From positions 576,001 to 640,000 of the forward strand of contig CBDCFN010000016.1 of NCBI GenBank assembly GCA_965216315.1: 64,000 nucleotides of DNA. The letters are read 5' to 3'. Positions within the stretch are counted from its first letter, which is position 1. Each line of letters begins with the position of its first letter. Below the pieces are notes generated by a model. That model made no database searches. It had not been told where the DNA came from and was given only the letters and a program-made list of their open reading frames with translations. Positions 46,191-55,326 of this stretch are shown one piece after another. Source of the DNA: a bacterium. GTDB lineage: Bacteria; UBA10199; 2-02-FULL-50-16; JAJFLM01. Both the position numbers and the translations under genes were made by a program.

Positions 46191-48380
46191 TTATCTGACC
46201 GAAAAATGCACGGGCTCGGTTTCACGGATTTTTTTACCGTTTCGCCATATCGTTGCGTAAAGGAGGTGCTCGCCTTTTTGGAGGGGCCAGAGATAGCGAC
46301 CGTTATTAGTCCGGGCGATCAATTTTCTATTGAGCCACCACGTGACGTGATCTGTCGCGGCTAAACCACTCACTAAGAATTCGAAAGCCTGCTCCGAATC
46401 CGGTATGCGCGGATCGCGGGCGAGGTGTAGGCCGGGAGTGGGCTGAAGCAGCTGGATCGGCTTGTTTGAGTTGGCTGGTTTGGTCCAGGCGTTGGATGCT
46501 GTTCCCGGTACAAACCATTCCTTGCCTTCGACGCAGGGGGCCGTTGCAGTGCGTGCGATACAGGTTGAGTGCTGTACCAATCGTGGGCTCAAGTAGAGGG
46601 GCCGCGTCTTTTTGTGCTCATTGAGATGAGAAAAAATACTACGTAAAAGAAGCGTCGGTCCGCGTGATCCTGTTAGGCCCTTGGTCGCACTTTGATCAAG
46701 ATTTCCCATCCAGATGCCGACGACATAACGATGATTAAATCCAATCGACCAGGCATCGCGATAATCGCTCGAGGTTCCCGTTTTAACGGCGGTTTGGACG
46801 GGAAAGCGCAAGACGCTGTTGCGCCCAAACTCGAGTTGGCGTGCTTCAGGGTCGGATAGAATGTTGGCGATCAGTGAGCTGATTTCCGGAGACATGACTT
46901 TCTTGGCTCCATCGACCGGATTATCATCGTGGAAGACATGCAATGGGCGGAGGTGACCTCGATTTGCCAAGGCCGTATAGGCTTGAACGAGTTCGAATAG
47001 GCTGATTTCGCCATTCCCCAGGGCAAGTCCATCACCATAGTAGTCTGCTTCTTGTCGCAAGCTGGTAATGCCTAGGTCGAGCAGACGTGCAAAGAAGTGG
47101 TCAACGCCGACGAAGCGGATGGTTCGTATCGCGGGGATGTTGAGGGAGTTGCCTAGGGCTTCGCGAAGCGTCACCGGACCATAGAAAAGGCGGCTGTAAT
47201 TTTGAAAACTGTGCAAGCCGTGGCCCAAGGACTCCGTTAAAGGACTGTCGTTAATAAGCGTTGCGGCGGTCCAGCCGGATTCGAGGGCCATTCCATAGAC
47301 GAAGGGCTTGAGGGTTGATCCCGGTTGCCGTGGTGTCGTGACGGCATCGATGTGACGACCGGGGACATCGTCTTTGTCGCTACCGGCGACGGCCCAGGCG
47401 AGAATGTGTCCTGTTTGATGGTCAGCGATAAGAACCGCACCGTTGCGCACCTCGTAACGCTTGAGTCGTTGCAGCCGTTGATCCAGGCGGTCCTGCACCC
47501 AGCGCTGTAGCGAGGCCTCCAAGCTTGTGCGCAGCGTTTGCGTTTCGGTATGTTCCGGGAGAGTGTGTTGGCGAGCATAGTGAATAAAGTGCTTGGCTGC
47601 CACGGAGAGGTGAGGGGCTTCGAGTGAAAGGGTTTCGTCGAGTATGGCTTGGTAGGAAGTCGGTTGAAGAATCCCTTGCTCGCGCAGCTGTGCGGCTAAG
47701 CGCTTGATCGGTTCTTCGATGCGAGTTGCCTGCTGGTAAGGGTCAAGGCGCGATGGAGCGCGCACGAGTACGACGAGAGTGAGGATTTCTTTAGGGCTCA
47801 GTGTCTCTAAGTCGCGATTAAAATAATAGCGAGCGGCTTGCAGAACACCGCGTCGATTCGAGGCATAGGGAACTTGGTTGAGGTAGAATTCGAAGATCTC
47901 GGCCTTCGTAAACTTTTTCTCCAGCGCGGAAGCCTCCCATCCTTCGAGCCAACGTGACCACAATGTGCGGGGACGCGGGTGAAGAAGGCGGGCGACTTGT
48001 TCGGTGATCGTGCTGGCACCCCGGACTTTGCGGAGCGCCTTGATATTCTGAAAGAGCGCATGGAGTCGGGCTTGCCAGTCAACACCGCTGTGTTCGTAGA
48101 AACGTTTATCTTCAGAGGCGATAAAGCTCTGCTGGAGCAGTGCAGGAATCTCATAAAGCGACAGAGTATCGTGGTGATTCCAGCGATTTTGATAGGAAAC
48201 GCTTAGGGACTGCCCGTGACGATCCAGTACCTGTAAGCGCTCAATGTCGGAAAGAACGTTCCGCAGAGATAATGGTGAGGAGTTAAGACTATAATATGTT
48301 GTTGCGGTAAGAGCTGCGGCTGTTCCAGCCAAGACGCAAACAACAATAATAAGTATTCTTCTGCCCATAAGACAGTCCAA
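46191..48380 (-). CDS. pbpC: Penicillin-binding protein 1C
   Basis: EDKRFYEHSGVD and GASTITEQ transglycosylase; STLK, SLN and KTG transpeptidase motifs; directly after alpha-2-macroglobulin. Confidence 0.92.
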   Translation of the reverse strand: MDCLMGRRILIIVVCVLAGTAAALTATTYYSLNSSPLSLRNVLSDIERLQVLDRHGQSLSVSYQNRWNHHDTLSLYEIPALLQQSFIASEDKRFYEHSGVDWQARLHALFQNIKALRKVRGASTITEQVARLLHPRPRTLWSRWLEGWEASALEKKFTKAEIFEFYLNQVPYASNRRGVLQAARYYFNRDLETLSPKEILTLVVLVRAPSRLDPYQQATRIEEPIKRLAAQLREQGILQPTSYQAILDETLSLEAPHLSVAAKHFIHYARQHTLPEHTETQTLRTSLEASLQRWVQDRLDQRLQRLKRYEVRNGAVLIADHQTGHILAWAVAGSDKDDVPGRHIDAVTTPRQPGSTLKPFVYGMALESGWTAATLINDSPLTESLGHGLHSFQNYSRLFYGPVTLREALGNSLNIPAIRTIRFVGVDHFFARLLDLGITSLRQEADYYGDGLALGNGEISLFELVQAYTALANRGHLRPLHVFHDDNPVDGAKKVMSPEISSLIANILSDPEARQLEFGRNSVLRFPVQTAVKTGTSSDYRDAWSIGFNHRYVVGIWMGNLDQSATKGLTGSRGPTLLLRSIFSHLNEHKKTRPLYLSPRLVQHSTCIARTATAPCVEGKEWFVPGTASNAWTKPANSNKPIQLLQPTPGLHLARDPRIPDSEQAFEFLVSGLAATDHVTWWLNRKLIARTNNGRYLWPLQKGEHLLYATIWRNGKKIRETEPVHFSVR

Positions 48381-48382
48381 AA

Positions 48383-51300
48383 TTAATTGTTACTAATCTG
48401 TAATGTCGCTGGCAAGCCTTTGCCGTAGATATCCGGGTCATACATTTCCTCGGCATGAATGGGGAAGAGTCCGAAGTTGCCGGTCGCGATCGCCTGGGCC
48501 GTGTAGGACAGGTGATAATGGCCGGGTGCCAGATACTCGGAGTAAAAACGTACGGCATTATGGCGCAATTCTTGGTGATAAAAACTCCAGCGTGAGACGC
48601 CATAGTGAGACCAATCATTAAACTTAAACCAGTAGGATCCGCCAGCTGCTTGGTAGTCACCAGCTTCCGCGTCGAGTACGGAGGCCGTAGCCAAGTCACG
48701 GTTGATCGGTTCAAGGCCGCCGGGAACGGGATCGTCGACGACAACAAAGTAGCGCGCCGTCGGAAGATCGATAAAAATATCGACGCGCACGACATCGCCG
48801 CGTTTCAGCTGATCGTCTTTGAGTAGAACCCACTTATTATTGCGGCGCACACTGTATTCGCGACGGATTTCAATGCCTGAGTTGATGCGCTCCTCGCGTG
48901 GTTTGAGATAGGCATAGCGTAAGCGTGTCGCATAGTAGAGGCGACCCTCGCCATCTCGATCCAGCGTGAGTTTGGCCTTGCGGCCGGGATCATTGGCTTT
49001 GAGGGGGCGCTTGAGTGTTACCGCTTCGTCATTTAAAGCGTAAAAACTGGCGTCGCCAAAATTTTCTCCATCGAGGCTTGCATCAACGGTCATATCAGGC
49101 GTAACGTTTTCGAAGACGCGGCTATAATCCGTCAGGGCGTTCATGCAGAAGACATTTTCTTGGGTGTTCTCCCAGTGGTCTTTGCGGCCCCGTGCTTGGG
49201 TGAGCGTACGTACCAGCTTGAACGGGATGGTCTTTTCTTTGGCCGCGACGAGCGAACTTAAAATGGCGCATTGTGAGCGCAGTGGTGTCGCTAAGATGCG
49301 TGTGAAGCCGTCGTCAAGCTCCTCATTAAATTGGAATTTGCCCCCGCTTTGATTCGAATGGGCCAATATTTTTTCTAGGACCTCCTGCGCAATGTCCGCC
49401 GCATTAGGGACTTTGAGGGCCGCTTGTAAGAAATGGGCCCTGCCAAACAGGCTCATTGCGTCGACGTGCTTGCGATAACGCTCCAGGTCACTGCGTTGAA
49501 CCTTGCCGTGCTGGGCAAGGGCGGCAAGGGCAACAGCACGGACGGTAGACGTCATTCCCTGCGAATAATAACCGGGAACGACGTTGCGCTTAAGGAGGCC
49601 ATCTAAATAGGTGAGTAACTTTTCTTCGACGCTGGACGGGATCTGGTGCCCTGACTTGCGCAACCAGTTGAAGGCAAGCGCGGTATAGGCGCTTAAGTAG
49701 GGACTCGCGTAATGATCTTCGGGAATGTAGTAGGTGAAGGCCCCGCTGGGTGATTGAAAGTCCGCGGCATCTTCCAATATTGATTTCGTGACCTCGACAC
49801 TCTCTTTCCATTCAAGTTCTGCGGGGAGATATTCTTTGAGGTTGCGATAATGCGATGCCATGAGCCCCTTGCTCAAGCGTTGCTCCCAGCAGCTATAGGG
49901 GTAGTCGGCCATATACCGAAAGGCACCGGCAACATTACCGATGACGCTCGGGGTCAGGACAACGCTTAAGTCACCAACGTCGGTTCGGATCTGGTCAGGA
50001 AACTGGATGGACGTTTCCGTATGCTGCGCCGTGGTGGTCCCATAATCGGCAGCCGTTTCAAAGGTGACTAAGGTGTGCACGGGGATGCTGTGTTCGAGCC
50101 CATCACGGTCCGTCTCGTCTCCAGCAATGACTTTAAAGTGCAGGGCCTCGGTCGCAAACTTTGTCTGCTTCCGCTTCGTCTGCAACGGCATCCAGACCTG
50201 GGTTCGTTTGAAAGGCTCCAGTTTGACACTGGTTTTATAACTATTGGGAGTCGCCGCGGCGTCAATCGGTCCCGAAGCTTGGATCTTGACTTCGATGGTG
50301 CGCGCTTTATCGGTACGGTTCATGATCGTAAAGCCGGCATCAAACTTATCACCGAGGCTGACCTGGTTGGGCAATGCCGGGAGGATCTGAGTGGGTCGAT
50401 TGACCTTAAAGTTGCCTTGGCCCAGGCCCATTCGGTCACTGGGTGTCATGGCGAGAGTCAGAATGCGCCAACCCGTCAGATTATCCGGCAGGACAAAGTC
50501 AAAATTGGCTTCACCATTTTCATTCGTCTTGATGGAAGGGTTCCAGTAACTGACAAATTTAAAGATAGAACGCATGGCGACATCACTGCCACCGCCACCG
50601 CCAGGGCTGGCCCCTTTCTTTTCAAATTTTTGGATGCCGATAAGTCGCGTGATGAGATTATAATTGGTCAGGTCAAGGCTATCGAGGCGGTAGAACCCTT
50701 CATAAGGGTCGAAATGTTTTTTGCCTCCTTGGATCATATCAAATACGGCTTCGTCCAAAACAGCGACCGCTAGCTCGATCGGCCCTTTACCTTTGGGGTG
50801 ACGCGGCTGCGCCTTGACGGAAACGTGGACCCGTTCTCGTGGTTTGTAAACCGGCTCTGCTGTTTTGATATCCACTTGCATTTCATTGTACGGGTCGCGC
50901 ACCGGAACACGAACGTATCCGATGCGGAATGCCGGTTTACCAAGGTCGACATTACCTTTGCCCAGCGGTTTGTCGACGCGCGGGGAGATGACTACGGCAG
51001 AGAGATAGAAACCGGGTAAAAACTCGGGCTCTACCGGAAATTCGAGCACGGAGGTGCTGTTGTCCAAGGTTTGGACCCAATGTTTGAGAATACCGTAACG
51101 CTCAATCGTGATCAGCGCCTTCGCCCCGGGAAAGGGATTTTTAATCAAGTAACGGGCGGTTTCACCGATGCGGTACGATTCTTTTTCGGGAATGATTTTA
51201 AGATTAAAGTCATTGCCCTCATCCCAGAGGACATAACCTGAGCCAACGACCCAGGTATGGAGCTGCGTTTTGTGAACGCGATTTTGAGTATCATGAATTT

Positions 51301-54193
51301 CCGCGGTGAGGCGATAGGAGCCGGCTTGCCTAGGTGTGATATCGCAGCTTCCGGGTTCACGTTTGGTTTTGGCTTCACAGCTGCCTTCGCTTTTCCATTC
51401 TTCGGAATATCCTTTGAGGTAGGCATTGCCGGCACCTTTGATACGCGCGGCTTTTCTGATGAGACGCTCCAGCGTCAATTTGACCGGAGATCCGGAGACG
51501 GGGGTTCCATTAGCATCGACGACAATGTATTCAAAGCGTGCCGGTTTATTGGCCGAGTAAACCCACTGAGTGGGGCGCAATCCGACGAGCCTATCGACAC
51601 CGACAAAAGCTGCCGTGGCCCGATTGGCGACCGATTTGCCGCGGTCATCTTGTACGGATGTTTCAACGAGTAGTTCGCCATACAGAATTTCCTGCTTGGG
51701 GATTTTGAATTCGGTTTGGTTACGGCCCTGGTCATCGAGGGCGCTCTCCGTTTGAAAAACCGTTACTTGGGGTTTGTCAAGAAAGGTGTCAAAGGAGAAG
51801 TTTTTGGCGACGGGGTGGCGTGGATAAAAATTCTTTTCACGGATAACGGCATTGACCTTTGCCTGTGCCTGCGTATAGGGCCCCCCCGAGTGTAGTTTTG
51901 CGAGGCTGGTCACTTCGACTTTATCATCTGTTTCAAACTGATCTCCGTTGAGACTGGTTTCAACTTTGAAAGGCGCAGGCGTGAAATCCGTGACGAGGAT
52001 GCGAAGGGGCCACCAGCTGCCTTTGTGGAAGTCCGCTTTTAGTTGAAACTGATACCAACCAATGGCTCCTTTTTTAGGGATCTTAAACTCACCATGAAAA
52101 CCGCCAAATTCGGATAAGGTGATGTCCTCGATTTTGTGAACTTCTTTGCCGGTGGGATCGGTGACAGTGAGTTTGTAGGTCTTGTTGGGCGCGGGAATAA
52201 GCGATTCGTTGTCTTGGTCCCGCACATAGATCTTAAACTGAATGGTGTCGCCGGCCCGGTAGAGGCCCTGGGCCGTGGTGCCCCATGCCCGCATATGACC
52301 ATGACGATTGCGCTGATAGGGGTAGACATCATTGGCAACCGAATAGCTGTCCACGATAAAGCGACCGTCGAGTGGAATGAGGGCCATGTCATCGCCCTTA
52401 GTAAGATAGAGAAACATTTTCTCTTTCTTGTCCGAGCTGTAAGAGCCGATATATTTCAGCTGAGGGTCCAAACTTTCGGTTCCGGGTAAAATTACCATGC
52501 CGTCGGCATCCGACAAACCTTGAGCGATAATGTCCGGTGAGAGTTCAAGCGTTTTTATCATGCCGCGTGTCACCTGAGTATTGACTCCGCTCACAGGTTT
52601 GCCCGTTGCGAGGTCAGTGATCCAAACCAGTGTGTTAAAATGACCCACTTTGGCGTGAACTTGGTAAGGTGTGACTTGTGCAAAGAGACGCCGCTCGCCC
52701 TCGTATTTTTTGATAGCAGGAGTACTACTTAAATTTCCGTAGATGGCTCCACTACTTCCTCCCGTGAGATCGCGGACTTTGAGCGGAATGGCAAAGGCAA
52801 TGTCTTCGGCTTTGGGCACAGAAACGGTTGCTTTTTGTTGTTGGTCGCGCTGCTTGGCTGTCAGTTTATTGTAATCTAAATCGACTCGGTCGAGATTGGT
52901 GACAATGAGCGGGACATGGGTCTCCACGTTTTTTTCCAATACCGCGGTATTGTGGTCGAGTACGTAGTCGGGCAGGCGATGATCGGTGAGAAAATGCATA
53001 TTCAAAGCCTTGCTAAGCGGGCGACCAAAACCATCTTTAATGCTCGTTGCCGGTAGTGTGATGAAAATGGACTTAAGCCGGTCCAGCCAGCCGTATTCAG
53101 GTGCTTTGTTAGTGAGGTGGTATTTTTCGAATGCTTTGAGCTGGTAGCTGATCGTCGCGCCATAAGTTTTTTTGCGCGTATGTGTCATGCTGATGCGTCG
53201 CTTGTGTGTCTCTGATTCTTGCTCTTCCGCTTTCTCTTTGGAAAACGGATCAGGCGTTAAGCTGATTTCCTGCTTGATGTGATTTCTTTGGACCGGGCTG
53301 CTAAATTGGAGCCGAACACGCTGGAGGGGGTTGCAGCGTTCTTGCTTATGCAACGGTTCGTCCGGTTTAATCAGGATATCTTTGTGCTCATTGGTCGTGC
53401 ATTTGATTCCGAGGAAGCGAAACTCGGGGAAGGTGTCGAATCCACTCAAGCGCGCATCTTCTTTAACGCTGGGTTCCGGTCCGTGGGAGGAGATGAGCCC
53501 AGGTTCTACGGCGAGAATGCCGTGAGAATTGGGAGGGAGCGCTTTTTCGGGGGAAACCAGCCAGATGCGCTGTGCCTCGCTGGCTATTTTGGCTTCATTG
53601 GGGACGGGTTCCACGGCAACAGCCATCCGCTTGGCGGTGTCGCCTTCCTCAGAGCTGTCTTGCGGAGAATAATCAATGAAAACGTGTTTAGCGACCGAGG
53701 TTTTCGTGACCGGCTGGTTGAAAGTGATGCGGAAGACCGGCATTTCGGGTCCGCGCCATTCGTACATCCAGGCATAGCGGACCTGAGGTCGTTTCGTGAT
53801 GAACTCATGTTTATGGACGGAAGCGATCGTGCCCCCGTCTTCGGCCTTGATTCCCGGTTGAATGATCAGTTTGTAACGATGAGCCGCTTTAAGGGCATCC
53901 TTTTTGCTGAGTTGGCAGGCGAGAGCACTTGTGTTGAGCCAGCGCCATTCACAGTTGAGCGGTGGCGTGATTTCAATCGGGATTTCGTCGGCCTTGCGCT
54001 CCATGCGTCCCAGTGGAACGACAGGTCGATTAAATTGGATGACAATCTGTTGCCCTGCGGGAACGTCTTCTCCTGTCGGCGTGATGCGCGTAATCTTGAG
54101 ATTTTTCGATTGAGGGAGAGGTTCTTGAGCCATGGCCGTACCTGTGAATAGGAGGAGGGCCAAACTGAGTCCTATGCCGACTTGCAGGCGCAT
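48383..54193 (-). CDS. Bacterial alpha-2-macroglobulin (YfhM-like)
   Basis: 1936 aa with signal peptide; YRAGDT, AVLDEAV and LPDNLTGW; thioester YPYSCWEQ (CWEQ at 49880-49891); DPVPGGLEP and AEEMYDP. Confidence 0.93.
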   Translation of the reverse strand: MRLQVGIGLSLALLLFTGTAMAQEPLPQSKNLKITRITPTGEDVPAGQQIVIQFNRPVVPLGRMERKADEIPIEITPPLNCEWRWLNTSALACQLSKKDALKAAHRYKLIIQPGIKAEDGGTIASVHKHEFITKRPQVRYAWMYEWRGPEMPVFRITFNQPVTKTSVAKHVFIDYSPQDSSEEGDTAKRMAVAVEPVPNEAKIASEAQRIWLVSPEKALPPNSHGILAVEPGLISSHGPEPSVKEDARLSGFDTFPEFRFLGIKCTTNEHKDILIKPDEPLHKQERCNPLQRVRLQFSSPVQRNHIKQEISLTPDPFSKEKAEEQESETHKRRISMTHTRKKTYGATISYQLKAFEKYHLTNKAPEYGWLDRLKSIFITLPATSIKDGFGRPLSKALNMHFLTDHRLPDYVLDHNTAVLEKNVETHVPLIVTNLDRVDLDYNKLTAKQRDQQQKATVSVPKAEDIAFAIPLKVRDLTGGSSGAIYGNLSSTPAIKKYEGERRLFAQVTPYQVHAKVGHFNTLVWITDLATGKPVSGVNTQVTRGMIKTLELSPDIIAQGLSDADGMVILPGTESLDPQLKYIGSYSSDKKEKMFLYLTKGDDMALIPLDGRFIVDSYSVANDVYPYQRNRHGHMRAWGTTAQGLYRAGDTIQFKIYVRDQDNESLIPAPNKTYKLTVTDPTGKEVHKIEDITLSEFGGFHGEFKIPKKGAIGWYQFQLKADFHKGSWWPLRILVTDFTPAPFKVETSLNGDQFETDDKVEVTSLAKLHSGGPYTQAQAKVNAVIREKNFYPRHPVAKNFSFDTFLDKPQVTVFQTESALDDQGRNQTEFKIPKQEILYGELLVETSVQDDRGKSVANRATAAFVGVDRLVGLRPTQWVYSANKPARFEYIVVDANGTPVSGSPVKLTLERLIRKAARIKGAGNAYLKGYSEEWKSEGSCEAKTKREPGSCDITPRQAGSYRLTAEIHDTQNRVHKTQLHTWVVGSGYVLWDEGNDFNLKIIPEKESYRIGETARYLIKNPFPGAKALITIERYGILKHWVQTLDNSTSVLEFPVEPEFLPGFYLSAVVISPRVDKPLGKGNVDLGKPAFRIGYVRVPVRDPYNEMQVDIKTAEPVYKPRERVHVSVKAQPRHPKGKGPIELAVAVLDEAVFDMIQGGKKHFDPYEGFYRLDSLDLTNYNLITRLIGIQKFEKKGASPGGGGGSDVAMRSIFKFVSYWNPSIKTNENGEANFDFVLPDNLTGWRILTLAMTPSDRMGLGQGNFKVNRPTQILPALPNQVSLGDKFDAGFTIMNRTDKARTIEVKIQASGPIDAAATPNSYKTSVKLEPFKRTQVWMPLQTKRKQTKFATEALHFKVIAGDETDRDGLEHSIPVHTLVTFETAADYGTTTAQHTETSIQFPDQIRTDVGDLSVVLTPSVIGNVAGAFRYMADYPYSCWEQRLSKGLMASHYRNLKEYLPAELEWKESVEVTKSILEDAADFQSPSGAFTYYIPEDHYASPYLSAYTALAFNWLRKSGHQIPSSVEEKLLTYLDGLLKRNVVPGYYSQGMTSTVRAVALAALAQHGKVQRSDLERYRKHVDAMSLFGRAHFLQAALKVPNAADIAQEVLEKILAHSNQSGGKFQFNEELDDGFTRILATPLRSQCAILSSLVAAKEKTIPFKLVRTLTQARGRKDHWENTQENVFCMNALTDYSRVFENVTPDMTVDASLDGENFGDASFYALNDEAVTLKRPLKANDPGRKAKLTLDRDGEGRLYYATRLRYAYLKPREERINSGIEIRREYSVRRNNKWVLLKDDQLKRGDVVRVDIFIDLPTARYFVVVDDPVPGGLEPINRDLATASVLDAEAGDYQAAGGSYWFKFNDWSHYGVSRWSFYHQELRHNAVRFYSEYLAPGHYHLSYTAQAIATGNFGLFPIHAEEMYDPDIYGKGLPATLQISNN

Positions 54194-54257
54194 AGCAGGG
54201 CTCTAAACGAAGCCGGCTCATAAAGCAATCATCTAAAATATAGGGGGGAGTGAGGAG

Positions 54258-54291
54258 TGGGAGCTGCATTGAGTGCGCAATGCAGCTCCCA
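54258..54291. other. Perfect 14-bp hairpin upstream of the alpha-2-macroglobulin operon
   Basis: TGGGAGCTGCATTG-agtgcg-CAATGCAGCTCCCA; no U-tract on either side. Confidence 0.6.
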
Positions 54292-54534
54292 GTGTTGCGT
54301 TGGGTTGTTGAAGTTACGTGTTAGAATAAAATTTTTGTTACACCTATCATCACACTAATTGCATTATCGCTTCCTTGGGGGCCCAAAGTTGCGAGGCTTT
54401 TTTCCGGTGGTCGTTGGGGCCACGCCAGCGCGAGGGGATGTCACGGGGATGGCTATGTAACTATATGATTTTAATGATTATTTTATGAGCCGCTGGGGAA
54501 GGAAAACTGTGTTCAAATGTCCACTGAAAGCCAT

Positions 54535-54563
54535 TTGACAGCCCCTGCTATTCTGCATACCCT
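54535..54563 (+). promoter_or_regulatory. Sigma-70-type promoter candidate
   Basis: TTGACA-17 nt-TACCCT, 40 nt upstream of ATG 54604. Confidence 0.55.
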
Positions 54564-54603
54564 CGCGCTTTTCATAAACTCTCAAATCAGAAGGAACTAA
54601 CTC

Positions 54604-54987
54604 ATGCGCAAATTAAATGTACTTGGAATGATCTTAGCATGCTCCTTGGTCATGACTTTTATGGTGAGTAGTGCAATGGCCGCCTATGCAAAGGGTGATC
54701 GCGTCCTGGGCAAGTGGAAGGACAACCGCTGGTATCCGGCACGGGTCGCAGCGGTGTCAGGTGGCAATTACACGGTTAATTTTGACGATGGCGATGTATC
54801 GACCCTTCCCGAGGCCAAGCTGAAAAAGGTCGATTGGAAGGTCGGTACGGCAGTTCAATGCAATTGGAAACTTAGAGGAAAGTATTACCCTGGCAAGATT
54901 ACAAAAATGAATGGCGAGGCCGTTCACATTTCATACAATGATGGAGATCAAGAAGACATTACGATCTCTCGTTGCCGTACTCCATAA
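54604..54987 (+). CDS. Small secreted protein with tandem Tudor/Agenet-like domains
   Basis: Signal peptide ending AMA; two repeats G..V...W....(W/Y)YP.......V.(F/Y).DGD; AAGGA RBS. Confidence 0.75.
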   Translation: MRKLNVLGMILACSLVMTFMVSSAMAAYAKGDRVLGKWKDNRWYPARVAAVSGGNYTVNFDDGDVSTLPEAKLKKVDWKVGTAVQCNWKLRGKYYPGKITKMNGEAVHISYNDGDQEDITISRCRTP

Positions 54988-55012
54988 GGATTCTGAGTGA
55001 ATGCAACGCAAT

Positions 55013-55048
55013 AAAAAAAGCCCCGGTCATCTGACCGGGGCTTTTTTT
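55013..55048. terminator. Bidirectional rho-independent terminator
   Basis: A7-GCCCCGGTCA-tc-TGACCGGGGC-T7 between convergent genes. Confidence 0.95.
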
Positions 55049-55061
55049 GTGAAAATTGTTT

Positions 55062-55307
55062 CTAGCGTTTTTTGATGCGATGTGGGCCGACCGTTTCGTC
55101 CCAGCTGCTGCTCCAGCCATCATAATGAATACGATAGAGGCAAGGTTTGCCTTTGCGGACGTTTAAAATCGTTGCATTGTACCATTTACCTTTCCATACC
55201 ACGCGGACCTTTTGCCCGCTGTAGTAGAGGCAGGCATAGGCGGTAGCGGGGACGCTGGCAATGACGACGAAAAGACTTAAGACTATCGCAGCCGCAAATC
55301 GTTTCAT
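55062..55307 (-). CDS. Small secreted Tudor-knot/chromo-barrel-like protein
   Basis: AAGGAGG RBS before ATG 55307; signal peptide ending AYA; GQKVRVVWKGKWYNATIL...YRIHYDGWSSSWDETV. Confidence 0.75.
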   Translation of the reverse strand: MKRFAAAIVLSLFVVIASVPATAYACLYYSGQKVRVVWKGKWYNATILNVRKGKPCLYRIHYDGWSSSWDETVGPHRIKKR

Positions 55308-55326
55308 AATGACCTCCTTCTTTAGC

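Noticed and set aside
45427..46198. 228-aa and 176-aa alternative-frame ORFs
   Set aside because: They overlap the well-supported purD in GC-rich sequence with few stop codons
53279..54151. 290-aa plus-strand ORF (also 50075-50773)
   Set aside because: Antisense shadows of the alpha-2-macroglobulin gene with no recognisable motifs
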